A stretch of DNA of 62,031 nucleotides, counting the filler, from Choristocarpus tenellus KU-1152 (Eukaryota; Protista; Phaeophyceae): NCBI GenBank assembly GCA_964200185.2. It is 10 parts of 10 records of this genome, joined end to end, with 100 filler letters (N's around TTAATTAATTAA, not from the genome) between each part and the next. Parts side by side here need not be neighbours in the genome. Positions count along the whole stretch, not along the records: positions 50,934 to 53,476 come from CAXNAD020026906.1; positions 53,577 to 58,130 come from CAXNAD020014022.1; positions 58,231 to 62,031 come from CAXNAD020017844.1; 7 more parts are not named here. One strand, 5' to 3'. Under the pieces are notes generated by a model. The model saw only the letters and a program-made list of their open reading frames with translations. It did no database searches and was not told the DNA's origin. A program made the translations under genes and the position numbers. Below, piece by piece: positions 52,185 through 62,031 of this stretch. Numbering within the stretch: position 1 is the stretch's first letter; each line of letters opens with the position of its first letter.

Positions 52185-52960
52185 TGAGCCCATTTCGATG
52201 AAGCTGTGGTGGTGCAGCAAGCACCACATCTACACCACCCCTGCACAGTATGCCGGCGTCAGATGTATACATTACAGTAACTTTGGTAAATTGCACTCAT
52301 TATGATGTATTCACTCATATGTATAGTGCACCTTACCAAGAAAAGCATCCACAAGCATTTGGATGGCTGGACAGACGACTCGCAGTTCAAATCAAATCAA
52401 CATTCAAAGCCAATCTCCCTCCGATGGCCTGCCCTACATAAAGACAAACTCTAGCTAGGGGAGGCACAGCCGGACTGGTTTTTGAATTAGGTATTGCACC
52501 ACTCATGGCTCCTGATGGGTCTCACACGGGGTCAGAAGAAACTCATCAGAGTGGGTGATATAGATTTCATATAGAAGGAAGGTGTGGATGATGAAGAAGA
52601 GATCACCAAGGCCAGCGTTTGAGAGCTACGATACAGCTAGCTGCTCATTCTCGCTTCTTCTCACTTCAACGAGAGGTAGGAGATCGCGGAGAGTCCGGGA
52701 GCGCTCTGACCACGAGGACCGTGAAAAAGGCTGGCCGAGGTGGCTGCCGGGGTACGACTGGTCACCTTATTGACCCTAGGACGACAGGATCCCGTTTCAG
52801 GGGGCTTACCAAGGCCGAAGAGATATGTGATAAGTTTGGATTGGCTAAGCATTTCGGTTCTTGTAAATTCGGAGGACTGTGCTACAGCTCCGGGAGTAGA
52901 GGCCACCAGCAAGCTGTTTGCTCTCAGAGGAGGGCAGGACTACCAAAATCGGTGGGAAAT

Positions 52961-53130
52961 ACATATCGCCAGAGGGCGACTCCGGTCAAGTTGACCGAAG
53001 AACTAGCTGGATCAGAGGAACTGGCTAGACCAGGACCATCAAAGTCGATGGTAAGTTCATATCGCCAGAGGGCGAATCCGTTAGGGTCGGCGGGAATACT
53101 AGCTGGATCAGAGGAACCGGCTAAGACAGG
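52961..53130 (+). repeat. Imperfect direct repeat, 98-bp period, 2 copies
   Basis: CATATCGCCAGAGGGCGA...ACTAGCTGGATCAGAGGAAC at 52961 and 53059. Confidence 0.8.
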
Positions 53131-53655
53131 AAGTTTAAGATCATGATAGCCACTAACAGCCGATTTCAAAAATTGAGGATGGAGCTTTTCATTGAGGATG
53201 GACTTGTGTTACAGGCGCCCCTCAAAGCTTACCTCCACAGGATGTATAGCTCCAATCTACGGGTCTATAGATTATACTGATGTACGTGTAGGACTCCTGA
53301 TGCACAAGTCATCAGGTATGCTGGATCTCTCACTTGAATTAACATCAATATCATCATATAAAAGGAACTGATCCACGATGTCTTATCACAATCGGGGAGC
53401 ATATTGACCAAATAATAAGTAAATAGTCAAGTAGTACAAATATATCAAATCTAGAACTTCAATCTCATAATGGTGTNNNNNNNNNNNNNNNNNNNNNNNN
53501 NNNNNNNNNNNNNNNNNNNNTTAATTAATTAANNNNNNNNNNNNNNNNNNNNNNNNNNNNNNNNNNNNNNNNNNNNGGTCGCACGTGTCAGATTTGAAAG
53601 TTATTTGACCGAAACGGACGCCCCCTCACAACCCCCCCCCCAGATACTTTGACCC

Positions 53656-53726
53656 AAACCCCGAGGGAAGTCAAGCCCAAATGGGCAAACAGGGCAAAAC
53701 TCGTACCCTCTAAGATACTTTCTCTC
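53656..53726 (+). mobile_element. MITE 3' fragment abutting a GGG-family terminus
   Basis: GGGAAGTCAAGCCCAAATGG...TACCCTCTAAGATACTTTCTCTC directly follows CCAGATACTTTGACCC. Confidence 0.75.
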
Positions 53727-53875
53727 TCTTCCTCTTTGTAAGCTGGCCTAACCAAACACTGCTTGTCTTCTCACACCCGTACGTACCATTCTACCCTGTC
53801 TATATTACCCATACATGCAATGTTCCTTTTTCTTGTATGTATGTATGTGTGTGTGTGTGTGTGTGAAGATTACAG

Positions 53876-56800
53876 CCCAGGCAGGCGCTGGAAATTCTCC
53901 GTTGCGTTTAATGGCCTGTCCATGCTTGTGTTTGGGGGGCATCGCCTCTGGCATGGCTACGCCACGGACAACTCGGAAGTCAACTCCTGGTCCAGCTTTG
54001 CTGAGTACCCACAAGGCGGCTACTTAGATGACCTGTGGATGTTTGAAAAAAAGAAGCTTGGCGTGGATGAGCCGGTGAGCATTGGGTTAAGCCAAGGTGG
54101 AACCTTGGAATGTCAAGGATTTCTTCCCTGTGAGTATCTTGACAGAAGAGATTAGTCTTGGGGGGGAGTCTAGTAGTCCAACCTTCCGATGCCTGACTTG
54201 TATTTAGCTGGAACAGCAGGTGAGTCAAAGTATCTTAGAGGATAGAGCCGCGTCCGTTTGGGGGCCAAAATTCAATTTTGGAATTTGGATGTAATTTTGG
54301 CTATCGTGCTTGTTAGGAAGTGTCAGTATCCTAGTTCTGACACACCGTTTCATAGCTTTATATATTTCAGCTACTCCAAAACCTTTTGGAGTAGGAAAAT
54401 ATCATAAAAAACCAGTGGGAAGCCAAGCCCCAAACGAACAAACAGGGCAAAACTTGTACCCTCTAAGATACTTTCACTCAGGTGTTTGGGAACAGGTTGT
54501 AGAACTGATTGCAAACTCCTTGTGCATTCCTTGTCTTCTTGGATCCCTTAGGCCCTTGCACTCGCAACCTCACTGCGATTAGTCGTACAGTCTCTTTATA
54601 TATTTGTCTATGGCAAAGTCAACAACCCATTCACTACAAAAGTAATTAGAAAAAATACTGGAGTGCGTAGAACCCTTCACCCACCCCCTTGCCTCTCCCT
54701 TGCATATACTTCGAATTACTACTGTACACGGTACTCACTAACAAGCAGTGGAACAGGGTCAACGAACAAGCAAAGAGGAGTCAAAGTATCTTAAAGGGTA
54801 GCGCCCCGTCCATTTGGGGAACAAAATCCAATGTTGTAGTTTTGGCTATCGTGTTGTTAGGAGATGTCAATATACTTGTTCCAGACACACCTTTTCATAA
54901 CATTCACATTTTACCTACTCCGAAACATTTTGGAGTAGGTAAAATGTCATTATAAACCTATGGGAAGCCAAGCCCCAAATGGACAAACAGGGGAAAACTC
55001 GTACCCTCTAAGATACCTTCACTCAGAGACAAAAAAAAAATTCCCACGGAGCATTGGACCAGTAACGTTTTTGTTTACACCTGCAAAGAGCTATATGCAC
55101 GTAGACCAATCTTGCTGTTCCTGAACGTTTTCCCCTTAACTCCCCCCCCTACTCCATGTGTTGTTTGCAATTGACCTGTGGTAATACGCAAGGTCCCAAC
55201 AGAGTCAACGGGCTACGGAAATTGGTCCCAGCCAGTTGAGGTGCAGAGTTGTACTGCAGACCCTGGTCTGTCTTGGGAACAGAGGGATCATGTGTCATGT
55301 GAAGTTCTTTGGCCGGGTGGGAGGTAAGTCCCTAATGGCGCTGTTGTCTTTCTCATTAAGGTTTTTCCACCCACAAGAATGGGAGAGACTGATTGGGAAC
55401 ATCCTTGGGATTCCCCAGGATGTCTGCTTGGTGTGTATGCCATTGAAGGTGCTGACTTTATACGGAAGGTTCCCAGGGTAGGTTCCACCATACGCTCAGC
55501 ACATGCTCAGTAGAACACTTCATAGAAGATTTTGAATAGTTATTGAGGTCTGAAATTCGAATCTTGGATTTCTGCATGGTCTGGAACTTCTCAGTATGCC
55601 TCCTACAAAGTTCAAACTTGGAACGAACAGCTCATGTCGACAGGCTAGCGTACAGATCTCAAGAACTGGAACACGAACCTGTCCGTAAAAGGGTGCTCAT
55701 TCAAGTGCTGTAAGTAGGCTCACTTTAGCACTTTGGTCTTGGGGTAACCTGATTTTAGTTCCCCCCCCTTGTCCTCATAAAACGATTTTGAACACACTGA
55801 TACACACAGCTGAAATCCTACTAGACTGCCGTACTCCACATTCTAGTTCAGACGTACCCATATAAGTTCAATGGTCTGTCACCTACACCCTGTACAAGTT
55901 TCCTCTGTCTCACAGAAAATGCTAATTATTACGTTCCGGCCTCATGTAGCATTTATTTGATCAACTCCCTTATAGGCTCTACCCCTTTTCCTACTGCAAC
56001 AAACCACTATGACCTCCCTGCCAAGGAGACAAATTCACCGCCTGTGGCAGTACTAGCAGTAGCCACCGACCAACACAATTCCAAATAGTGGTGAGAGGAC
56101 AGGTGGTAATAATGGGTATATAGGAAGGCTGACAGACCTAAGCGATGGACTAAGGTTGAATAAACCCCTTACATTACGGAGGAAATAGGGGACAGGGCGA
56201 TCGATAACTACTGTACCTGCTTCTCTCACACACTTACCATGTCTTTGCCGCATCTGATTTGAGAAGGGCTGGTCATGTTGCAGTGTGGGATGAAGAGCGA
56301 GGTGGGATGTGGCTCCATGGGGGTTACACCACATTTTTTCCTTACATAAGCTCTGATGGCGCTGGATCCGACTACGGGACTACTGTGAGTAAAATGGACA
56401 ACGTCACGTAACGTGGAGGAAAAAGGAGAAAGAAGTGAGCAATATTGATGGCTTCGATCAATTTTGAATGTTGCCATTTAGATGCGATGCAGTCAATTGA
56501 AAGACAGAGAGTAGTCAGACTTGTCCAGAAAGAAGGGTACTCGTAGTTGTTAACCTGCTAAACACACCTGCAGACTCTTTGGCACAGATGGAGTCCACAC
56601 TGTTTCGTAGGGCCACCTGTGCTCCAGCTCCTGTCCACTACGATCATAGATAGGGACTTGGGATGTAGGAACCCCCTACTTCTGTCCCACACATCTGCTT
56701 GTAACAGATGGTTGTTTTTTACTCTGTCATGGCAACCTACAGACAAGGCATCACAGTAGCCCCATCACCCTCACATGTGGACGGCACACATGTCCATCTG

Positions 56801-58037
56801 AAATCTCGTTGGGCTTCATGTGGGAGTCTGTATCCCACCTTAATAATGGGCATATCGATACATAGTAGGTTGAATTTGTAATATTCCTCCTCTACCCCAT
56901 GCAAATATTTGCTTTCCCAAAAATATTTCGCCACTCCTTGGAAAAAATGAAATAGGCCACTGGAAAGGACGGCTTCCAACCCTATCCAGACTACCCATAC
57001 TACCTCGATGACTTGTGGTTTTACAACGTCTCAAGTGGTTCCTGGATGGAGGTGAGATACCCCAGGAGGGATGCTGGTGGTCTTGAGTTCTCATCTTCAG
57101 GGGGATGGGAGGATGATAGAGTGTTGGAGCGCATCTTTCCTGCAGGCCACCCGATTTTTCTGTTGCGTGTGTACGCACGTGTGCCAAGTGATTTCAAATG
57201 TGGCTACGGTTGTTATTGGTTGTCAAGTTGCCTTCGTTCTGTCCTCAGCACTGACAAAGTTGTGTCAAGGGAAAAAACAACAATTGCATATGTAAAATAT
57301 AAAATAGACATGGCTAATTTCGTTCTAGTGCAAAAATATATTTATATGTTTGTATGTGTATATATATATAAATGGGGCTATTTAAGAATAGAATAAATAA
57401 ATAGGAGAAGATTGATGGGGTAGAAGAGAGAGTGTGGAGTAAGCGTGTCCTATTGGTTAGATGTGAGGCAGTTGGTGTGAGTGTTAGCATCACTTCTCAA
57501 ACTCGTTATCATTCATATCGGCACAGCATGTTATTCATTGCATCATTTCTTTTCTCTTTTTAGCCTGGCAGATATCAGGCGAGCACATCTCCCCCCCGCA
57601 ACATGACTACCCAAATCTTACCTGCTACACACAAGCTTGCATGCAAACACACACACAACCAGCTTACTCCATCCAGGAGTCCTTGTCAACCCGTTGAACT
57701 CCGAGGTTCCAGGCGTACCTTAACTTTTCTTTTGCCGCCCTGTCAAGCTGTCTCCTCTGCAATCCAAAGTTTATACTTCAAATGTAAAGTTTATACTTCA
57801 AATGTACAACAGTATGACTCCCACCGCACCTCTCCCCCTGATTACTTACCACTCTCTCCCCTTTCTCCTCCTCCTCCCTCCTGTCTACCTTCACTAGATC
57901 ACTTTCGGCAGCAATGTTAACCCTGTCCCGCGCACAGACCATGTCATGGTCAAAGTGGATGACCTGCTTGTGATGTTCGGAGGATATTATCACAACCACC
58001 ACTACATGGATACTTGGTACTTCAACACAACCACGAG
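53876..58037 (+). CDS. Kelch-repeat (beta-propeller) protein, internal part; exons ~53876-54074, 55193-55323, 56267-56384, 56956-57051, 57898-58037
   Basis: Phase-consistent GT-AG splicing gives PGRRWKFS...MLVFGGHRL...YLDDLWMFE...WPGGRAGHVAVWD...MWLHGGY...YYLDDLWFYNVSSGSWME...PVPRTDHVMV...LVMFGGY...MDTWYFNTTT, i.e. three kelch GG/W repeats. The first acceptor could instead be 53869. Confidence 0.9.
54222..54479 (+). mobile_element. MITE copy, TSD AGGT, within a kelch-gene intron
   Basis: AGGT|GAGTCAAAGTATCTTAGAGGATA ... TACCCTCTAAGATACTTTCACTC|AGGT. Confidence 0.92.
54778..55024 (+). mobile_element. MITE copy, TSD AGAG, with a perfect internal 16-bp hairpin (54906-54947)
   Basis: AGAG on both sides; ACATTTTACCTACTCC-10 nt-GGAGTAGGTAAAATGT. 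Confidence 0.92.
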
Positions 58038-58605
58038 GTCAGACATGTGTTAAAGGGTCCTCGCCGCCCCCCCCCCCAAACCCCCCAAACAAACGCACCA
58101 ACTACACCCCCGCCCCCGCCCCGCTTGCCCNNNNNNNNNNNNNNNNNNNNNNNNNNNNNNNNNNNNNNNNNNNNTTAATTAATTAANNNNNNNNNNNNNN
58201 NNNNNNNNNNNNNNNNNNNNNNNNNNNNNNGGGGGGGGCAAGAGAGAGACATAACCTCTTGAATCAAACACATCTCACAAAACAAAAGTACATCATTTTG
58301 GTATCAAAGCTAACTGACACCAACCAACTCCACCCATTGAGTCAATGAAGACATCCCTCCTATCTCTCTATAAACCCCTTGGCTCACGGAAGAGGCAAAC
58401 TTCTCATACACTGCCCTCCACCACCATGACCCCGTGGGTGTCACTCCTCCACAAATTGCACAAGATTACTTGCATCTGACCCCCCCCCTCAAAAAGGTAC
58501 ATCATATACCCTCAAATGGTCATGTTGTTAATTAGTATTACTTTAAATACTAAAATAACAAAAAGAAAAACTTGCAAAGAATCTGATTATCTCTTGTTAC
58601 AGTAC

Positions 58606-60997
58606 CTGAAAATGTTTACTGTTGTTGACGCTGAAAAAAAAGAACACTTTTTCGCACTCCTTGAAAGCCCAGTTGAAGGTTTGCACATGCATATGTCTGG
58701 CGTACCACTTTCCCTGCCCAACACTCACCTTTTTTTCAAAAAAAAAATTGAGGTGCGAACAAAACAAGAACAAGTAAAAAGTAAAAAGTAAAAATTTTAA
58801 ATAACAAAAAAAAGTAAAATTTTAAATAAACAAAAAATCAAACGTAAAAAAGTGCGCTAATAATAATAGTTTTTTGTATCATTCATTTTAAGTAGTGTCG
58901 ACAAGTAAGAAAAAATCATTTAATTTTTTTTTTCCTTTTCCTGTTACCTAAAACAACAATAATAAAATAATAGTAGAGAGTGCACTGTTTTCAGGTGTTC
59001 CAAATAGAAGAGAGAGCAAATGCCCTATGCGTATTCCCACAACTGCAAATTATTTTCTTACAAAGTACTTTTTATTCTGAAGTAATGCGCAACAACAGCA
59101 CACTTGTTTGTTTTTTTTAACATATTTCAGATCACAAAATATACTCTGGATTACATGCACGCATGTGACTGCGAAGTGCCTACCATACCCTAACCCTAAG
59201 CTAAATTACGTTCACAATACAACAGAAACTGTGTTCGTATTCCGCAAGGTATGACAAGTTCCCGCCTGATATTCACACCACAAATAAAAAATAAAATATA
59301 CAGAGCACCACTTCACTACAAAATAATAACAAATAATAGGAACAAATCAAGTACTCTTGACCGTATCGAGATGTAAAGCCGGCAACTGAAAGGGATGGTG
59401 TGTACTTGTACAAAGCAGACATTGAAAGGGTACAGTAAAGGGTACAGTGAGTCAAAAGGGTACAGTAATGGGTACAGTAAGTCAAAAGGGTACAGTAAAG
59501 GGTACAGCAGTCAGAAGGGTACAGTAAAGGGTACAATAAAGGGTACTGCCAGTTTAAAGGGTACAGTAAAGGGTACAGTAGATTACTAACAGCACTTGAT
59601 CGAGCGAAGTGGGACACAGCCGTTTCACACCAAAAAAAATAATAAAGCACCTGATGCACAAATCGTGCGATTGGGAACCTTGAGGAACAACACAAGGAGT
59701 TGAAAATACCTTAGGTCATCTATTGCACAGACCATCGTTTACCTCTGATGCCCGCCCCCACATTGTCAATTCACAACTAGATGGATGCACATAGTACAAG
59801 AGACTTCAAAAATATATATATTAGCTGGACAACTCCTCATTGCCATTAGACATTTTGCATCAATGAAAGGGCAGAGCATACAAGGAAATATTATTATATT
59901 TATAACATATGTAATGTGTTGCGTAACACAGTTCTTATTGACTGAGAAAAGAAGAATGATCGATCCTCCTGTAGAAAATTTGCCCAACAGATAACCATGT
60001 TACTTCTATACCCTAATGCACCCTGGGTTCAAGTCTGAGCCGACAAGCTAATTTCAGGAAGAGGAGTATTTCATTTAGATCATCCCCAACAAGTTGTTGC
60101 CAACTACACTAACTGTACTAACCATACCTCTAGGTAGTAAATGTACCTCTAGGTACTAAATGTACCTCTAGGTACTAACTGTACCTCTAGGTACTATGGA
60201 TACCACCGCAGAAAACAAAAAAGTGAGGCAACCCCACCCAGGTGTAAGAATACTACTACTACTACTTAAAATATTAATAATACTATCAATACTACTACTA
60301 CTATTAATAATACTATCAACACTAGTAATACTATTAATACACTTTTGATACTATTGATACTACCGATACTACTACTGACAGTATTAGTAATACTATTGAT
60401 ACTTATGTATCCTGTAAGATTATGAACTTTTGAAAGTGAGCACTAGTTGCTAATCTCTCTCCACTGTCCACCCTCTAGACAACTATGGACAAGAAAGGAA
60501 CAAATAAAAAAAAATGTCAGTTTCTGTCAATTTCTGTTGAGAAGAAGCACATAAATCACTATTTTTTTCCTTCCAAATCTCCACAAAGAGTCAAGAAAAA
60601 ATCAACACAAAAAAATAGTACCTTCAAAAAAAAAAGGATATAAAACAAACACTAGGGTTTAGTATGCAGCAGAGCATAACCACGCAAGAAGCTTCACGGT
60701 ATATAATCAAATAGCATATGCCATCACCAGCAAGCAGCAGCATTGCAAGGTCATAAAATTCTGCCCACTAACAACATTTTAGTGTACAGAAGTCAGGGGG
60801 GTTCCAAATCACTAACCCTAACCCTAACCCTAACCCTAACAATATATTAGTGCACAGAAGTCAGGGGAGTTCCAAATCACTGCACGGCGTGTGATAAAAA
60901 ATCCCTCAATCTGGTAAACAAAAGTGCAAACACCAGGCAGGGCGATGTATATCCACACAAAGTATGTAACACAAAGTATACACTGCAGGAGGTATAT

Positions 60998-61039
<42 letters not shown>

Positions 61040-61910
61040 AGGCAACACACTGCACTGACTGCTCCTAAGCATTGACTCTCTCTAAGCATTGACTCTCTCT
61101 AAGCATTGACTCTCTCTAAGCATTGACTCTCTCTAAGCATTGACTCTCTCTGCAGACGGTGGCAGTTACACCCTCACCTGTCACTAATTCAATTCAAGGT
61201 GTGGAAATACGGTGATCGGTCCCACTATACAATATACAAAAAAAAAAAAACAGATCCAATTCTATCAAAGAACAAGTCCAGAATTTTGACTGTTTTTCTT
61301 CAAGTTGTACTAGCCCAAGGGTATACCCCATTCTAACAGCTGGCAATTATTAGGTCTCCGCAGCAAAGAGCAGAAATTAAAATATATATATATATCAGGA
61401 ACAGAAACGGTACATACGCCACCAGGAGGAGCATATTGACAAAGTGTGCAAAAAATAGAGTGTACACTGCGAGCAACTGTGCAAAAACGGTACAGATCTG
61501 GACAAACTCGTCCGTTTCACCAAACGCCCCGAAAGGAAACCAAAATCACCACACCAACATCACCACACCAACATCACCAAACCAACACAACAAGAAAAGC
61601 AACGGGAGACAGATTGACAAAAGCACTCGGTGGAATATTTGACATGAAAAAGAAAATCAAATGCTCCCTATTCTATACATTCATATATATATACATATAT
61701 ATATACATACAGAGAGAGAGAGAGATTTATTGTATTGAACGCAAAAGAACCCTATCTATGAAAGAAATAAAATCGGAAATAATAAAATCGTTATCTCATC
61801 TCACCGCCAAATTCTCATGATTTAGACTCTTCATCACAAAGAACCGAGTGTTATCCCCCTCCTTCACCGGTATATCCTCCATCAGACCAGGTTTACTCCG
61901 CACATCCCGC
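58606..61910 (-). CDS. YTH-domain protein (YTHDC1/CPSF30-L type m6A reader), two internal exons 61910-61805 and 58728-58606
   Basis: ...NTRFFVMKSLNHENLA|VSVGQGKWYARHMHVQTFNWAFKECEKVFFFFSVNNSKHFQ| parallels YTHDC1 ARFFLIKSNNHENV...GVWST...LNLAF...VILIFSVRESGKFQG; GT-AG, phase 0. Confidence 0.85.
59425..59580. repeat. AAAGGGTACAGT-based minisatellite in the YTH intron
   Basis: About 11 GGGTAC-containing units. Confidence 0.9.
60113..60197. repeat. 20-bp hairpin-forming tandem repeat (TGTACCTCTAGGTACTAAA-like), about 4 copies
   Basis: GTACCT-CT-AGGTAC inverted core in each unit. Confidence 0.9.
60812..60840 (+). repeat. Interstitial telomeric tract (CCCTAA)n; shorter tracts at 13712-13732, 29016-29031, 29616-29632 (TTAGGG), 30621-30640, 37045-37065, 39626-39644, 59187-59199
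   Basis: Direct observation of 2-5 perfect hexamers each. Confidence 0.9.
61065..61149. repeat. 17-bp tandem repeat CTAAGCATTGACTCTCT x5
   Basis: Direct observation. Confidence 0.95.
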
Positions 61911-62031
61911 CTTCCAAAACCAAAGGACATTGCACCACCCCCTGACCCTGCCCCTTCCCCTCCCCCAACACCACCTCCACCCCCCTCCCCACTCCCACTG
62001 CCGCTGCCCCCCTCCCCACCTCCACCACCCC

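Noticed and set aside
52250-53476. ORFs of 63-175 aa as a host gene
   Set aside because: No recognisable domain or splice pattern; only faint retroelement-like words and an internal direct repeat, too weak to name.
17964-58230. Regularly recurring TTAATTAATTAA palindrome as a biological repeat
   Set aside because: Always centred in exactly 44+44 N; it is an artificial six-frame-stop contig linker.
59273-59695. Repetitive ORFs (GYSKGYS..., YCTLYCT..., and YIYIYI/VCVC ORFs elsewhere)
   Set aside because: Translations of mini- and microsatellites inside introns.
59766-59987. GGSIILLFSVNK as a YTH exon
   Set aside because: The FSVN segment is already supplied by exon 58728-58606 with proper context; this one lacks the following S..FQG and a fitting donor.
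60812-60840. True chromosome end
   Set aside because: Only about 5 units, with unique sequence and exons of one gene on both sides.

Overview
This window is not one locus. It is ten unrelated eukaryotic contigs joined by nine identical artificial 100-bp spacers (44 N + TTAATTAATTAA + 44 N): 1-17963, 18064-28391, 28492-35689, 35790-38312, 38413-41783, 41884-44606, 44707-50833, 50934-53476, 53577-58130 and 58231-62031. The DNA is nuclear and intron-rich. It most likely comes from a flagellate-stage photosynthetic stramenopile (brown-alga-like), inferred from a bipartite ATA|F plastid presequence, nuclear gyrB and minC, the flagellar gene IQUB and TTAGGG repeats. Manual splicing recovers a complete ISCA1 and partial erlin, MinC, GyrB, PPCS, IQUB, kelch-repeat, DC-type YTH and thylakoid-lumen genes, most missed by the ORF track. 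Also present are a USP7-like pseudogene, decayed Ty3/gypsy, Ty1/copia and Tc1-like elements, and a ~257-bp MITE family with 23-bp GAG...CTC inverted ends and 4-bp TSDs (Sola2-like). Highlights: (i) one MITE copy with an AGGT target duplication forms a seamless GT-AG intron (introner-like); (ii) another copy is split by a ~350-bp inversion next to its internal hairpin, supported by matching TSDs; (iii) a telomeric tract sits between two copies of a 46-bp duplication; (iv) a spliced, probably mitochondrial MinC lies head-to-head with a plastid-lumen gene. All homology calls come from motif recognition by eye; no database search was run.
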